DNA of 64,000 bases from Ptychomitrium polyphyllum (taxonomy: Eukaryota). Where the stretch lies: contig OZ316775.1 of assembly GCA_973851085.1 (NCBI GenBank), positions 1,426,001 through 1,490,000 on the forward strand. Direction: 5' to 3'. Both the position numbers and the translations under genes were made by a program. The first letter of the stretch is position 1, and the number at the start of each line of letters is the position of its first letter. The notes beneath the pieces are model-generated. The model was not told the origin of the DNA, did not search any database, and was given only the letters and a program-made list of their open reading frames with translations. Shown here in pieces: positions 62,907 through 64,000 of this stretch.

Positions 62907-63971
62907 ATGGAGCTGGTTGCAGGCCTGGCGATGTCTGCTTCCACTTCCAAGCTGATGATGTGCAGCTGCAGTGGGAGGACTGTGCGTGCGGTGAAGGGAG
63001 TGCAGGGATTGGGGTCGGGGTTGCGGAGAAGTCGTCAAGGGGAAAGGAGATGGGTAGCGGTCATGCAGGCGAGGGGCTTGAGGCGGGGAGTGGTGGTGAT
63101 GCAAGCGGGGCAGTCGAAGAATGGGGAAGTGACGCCTGGGGATGAGTCTGATTTGGATGAGAAGATTCTGCCCTACTGCGACATCAGTAAGAAGGGGAAG
63201 AGGACGCTGGGGGAGATGGAGCAGGATTTCCTTGAGGCGTTGCAGAGTTTTTACTTCGATTCGAAGCCGATAATGTCCAATGAGGAGTTTGATAATCTGA
63301 AGGAGGAGTTGACATGGGAGGGTAGCAGTGTTGTTATTCTGAGTTCTGACGAGCAGCGGTTTCTGGAAGCATCGTTGTCGTACGCTGCTGGGAAGCCGAT
63401 TCTGAACGATCAGGAATTTGACCAATTGAAGCTGAAGCTGAAGCAGAAGGGCAGCAAGGTCGCCCTAGCTGGGCCGCGGTGCAGTCTCCGGAGCAAAAAG
63501 GTGGTGAGCGATGCGACTGTGGATTACCTCAAGATGACATTGCTCAACTTGCCGGCTGCGCTCATTGCTCTGGGGTTGGTGTTCTTCTTGGATGACATTA
63601 CAGGGTTTGAGATCACCTATTTGCTTGAGTTGCCGGAGCCCTACAGCTTTTTGTTCACGTGGTTCATCGTCTTGCCGGTGACATTCTTGATCGCGCAGTC
63701 GCTCACAAATCTTGTATTGAAGGATGCCCTTATCTTAAATGGCCCATGTCCGAATTGTGGAGTCCCTGCCAACAGTTACTTTGGAAGTATATTGACCATT
63801 CCCAGTGCAGGTCAGGTGAATAACGTGAAATGTGAAGCTTGTGGTTCTAACATGCTTTTCGATAAAGAAACACGTCTGATTACACTTGATGACAGCCGAC
63901 CTCCGGAGCCTAAGAAGCCAGTTCGGAAGGCAGCGAAACCTGCGTCGGAGAAGGTCTCTACCTCAGCTTAA
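62907..63971 (+). CDS. PGRL1: PGR5-like protein 1 (thylakoid cyclic electron flow), chloroplast precursor; single coding exon
   Basis: Transit-like N-terminus, then KILPYC..KRTLGEMEQDFLEALQSFYFD..MSNEEFDNLKEELTWEGSSVV, GPRCSLRSKKV, two TM helices around FFLDDITGFEITYLLELPEPYSF, and CPNC / CEAC motifs. All six conserved Cys are present. Confidence 0.97.
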   Translation: MELVAGLAMSASTSKLMMCSCSGRTVRAVKGVQGLGSGLRRSRQGERRWVAVMQARGLRRGVVVMQAGQSKNGEVTPGDESDLDEKILPYCDISKKGKRTLGEMEQDFLEALQSFYFDSKPIMSNEEFDNLKEELTWEGSSVVILSSDEQRFLEASLSYAAGKPILNDQEFDQLKLKLKQKGSKVALAGPRCSLRSKKVVSDATVDYLKMTLLNLPAALIALGLVFFLDDITGFEITYLLELPEPYSFLFTWFIVLPVTFLIAQSLTNLVLKDALILNGPCPNCGVPANSYFGSILTIPSAGQVNNVKCEACGSNMLFDKETRLITLDDSRPPEPKKPVRKAAKPASEKVSTSA

Positions 63972-64000
63972 GTTGGAAATGAGAGTCACGGATGAGAGTG

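Noticed and set aside
62844..63425. 193-aa antisense ORF over PGRL1, and similar antisense ORFs over UTP20 and GRDP exons
   Set aside because: Shadow ORFs of genuine coding exons.

Overview
Eukaryotic nuclear DNA from a land plant, most likely a moss (Physcomitrium-like, inferred from gene content, intron style and AT-rich intergenic DNA with decayed Gypsy elements). Left to right: the 3' part of an ARID+HMG-box gene (+); a decayed protein-kinase pseudogene (-); a ~31-exon UTP20 gene (+, 6285-21437); a two-exon small plastid-type J-domain gene (-); a plastid pyruvate-kinase-alpha pseudogene fragment (+); an intronless PRLI-interacting-factor-A-like ORF carrying a HEXIM-like PxNT/S motif (-), preceded by a triplicated ~500-bp-period element; a tRNA-Arg(ACG) gene with a mismatched acceptor stem and a structured trailer (-); a multi-exon LRR gene resembling centriolar CEP78 (+); a GRDP/DUF1399 gene (-); a decayed Ty3/Gypsy complex (52.3-60.3 kb) containing a solo LTR nested in a same-family solo LTR nested in gag, with both target-site duplications visible; and an intronless PGRL1 gene (+). 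All homology calls come from recalled family motifs and hand alignment. No database search was run, and exon boundaries were read by eye.
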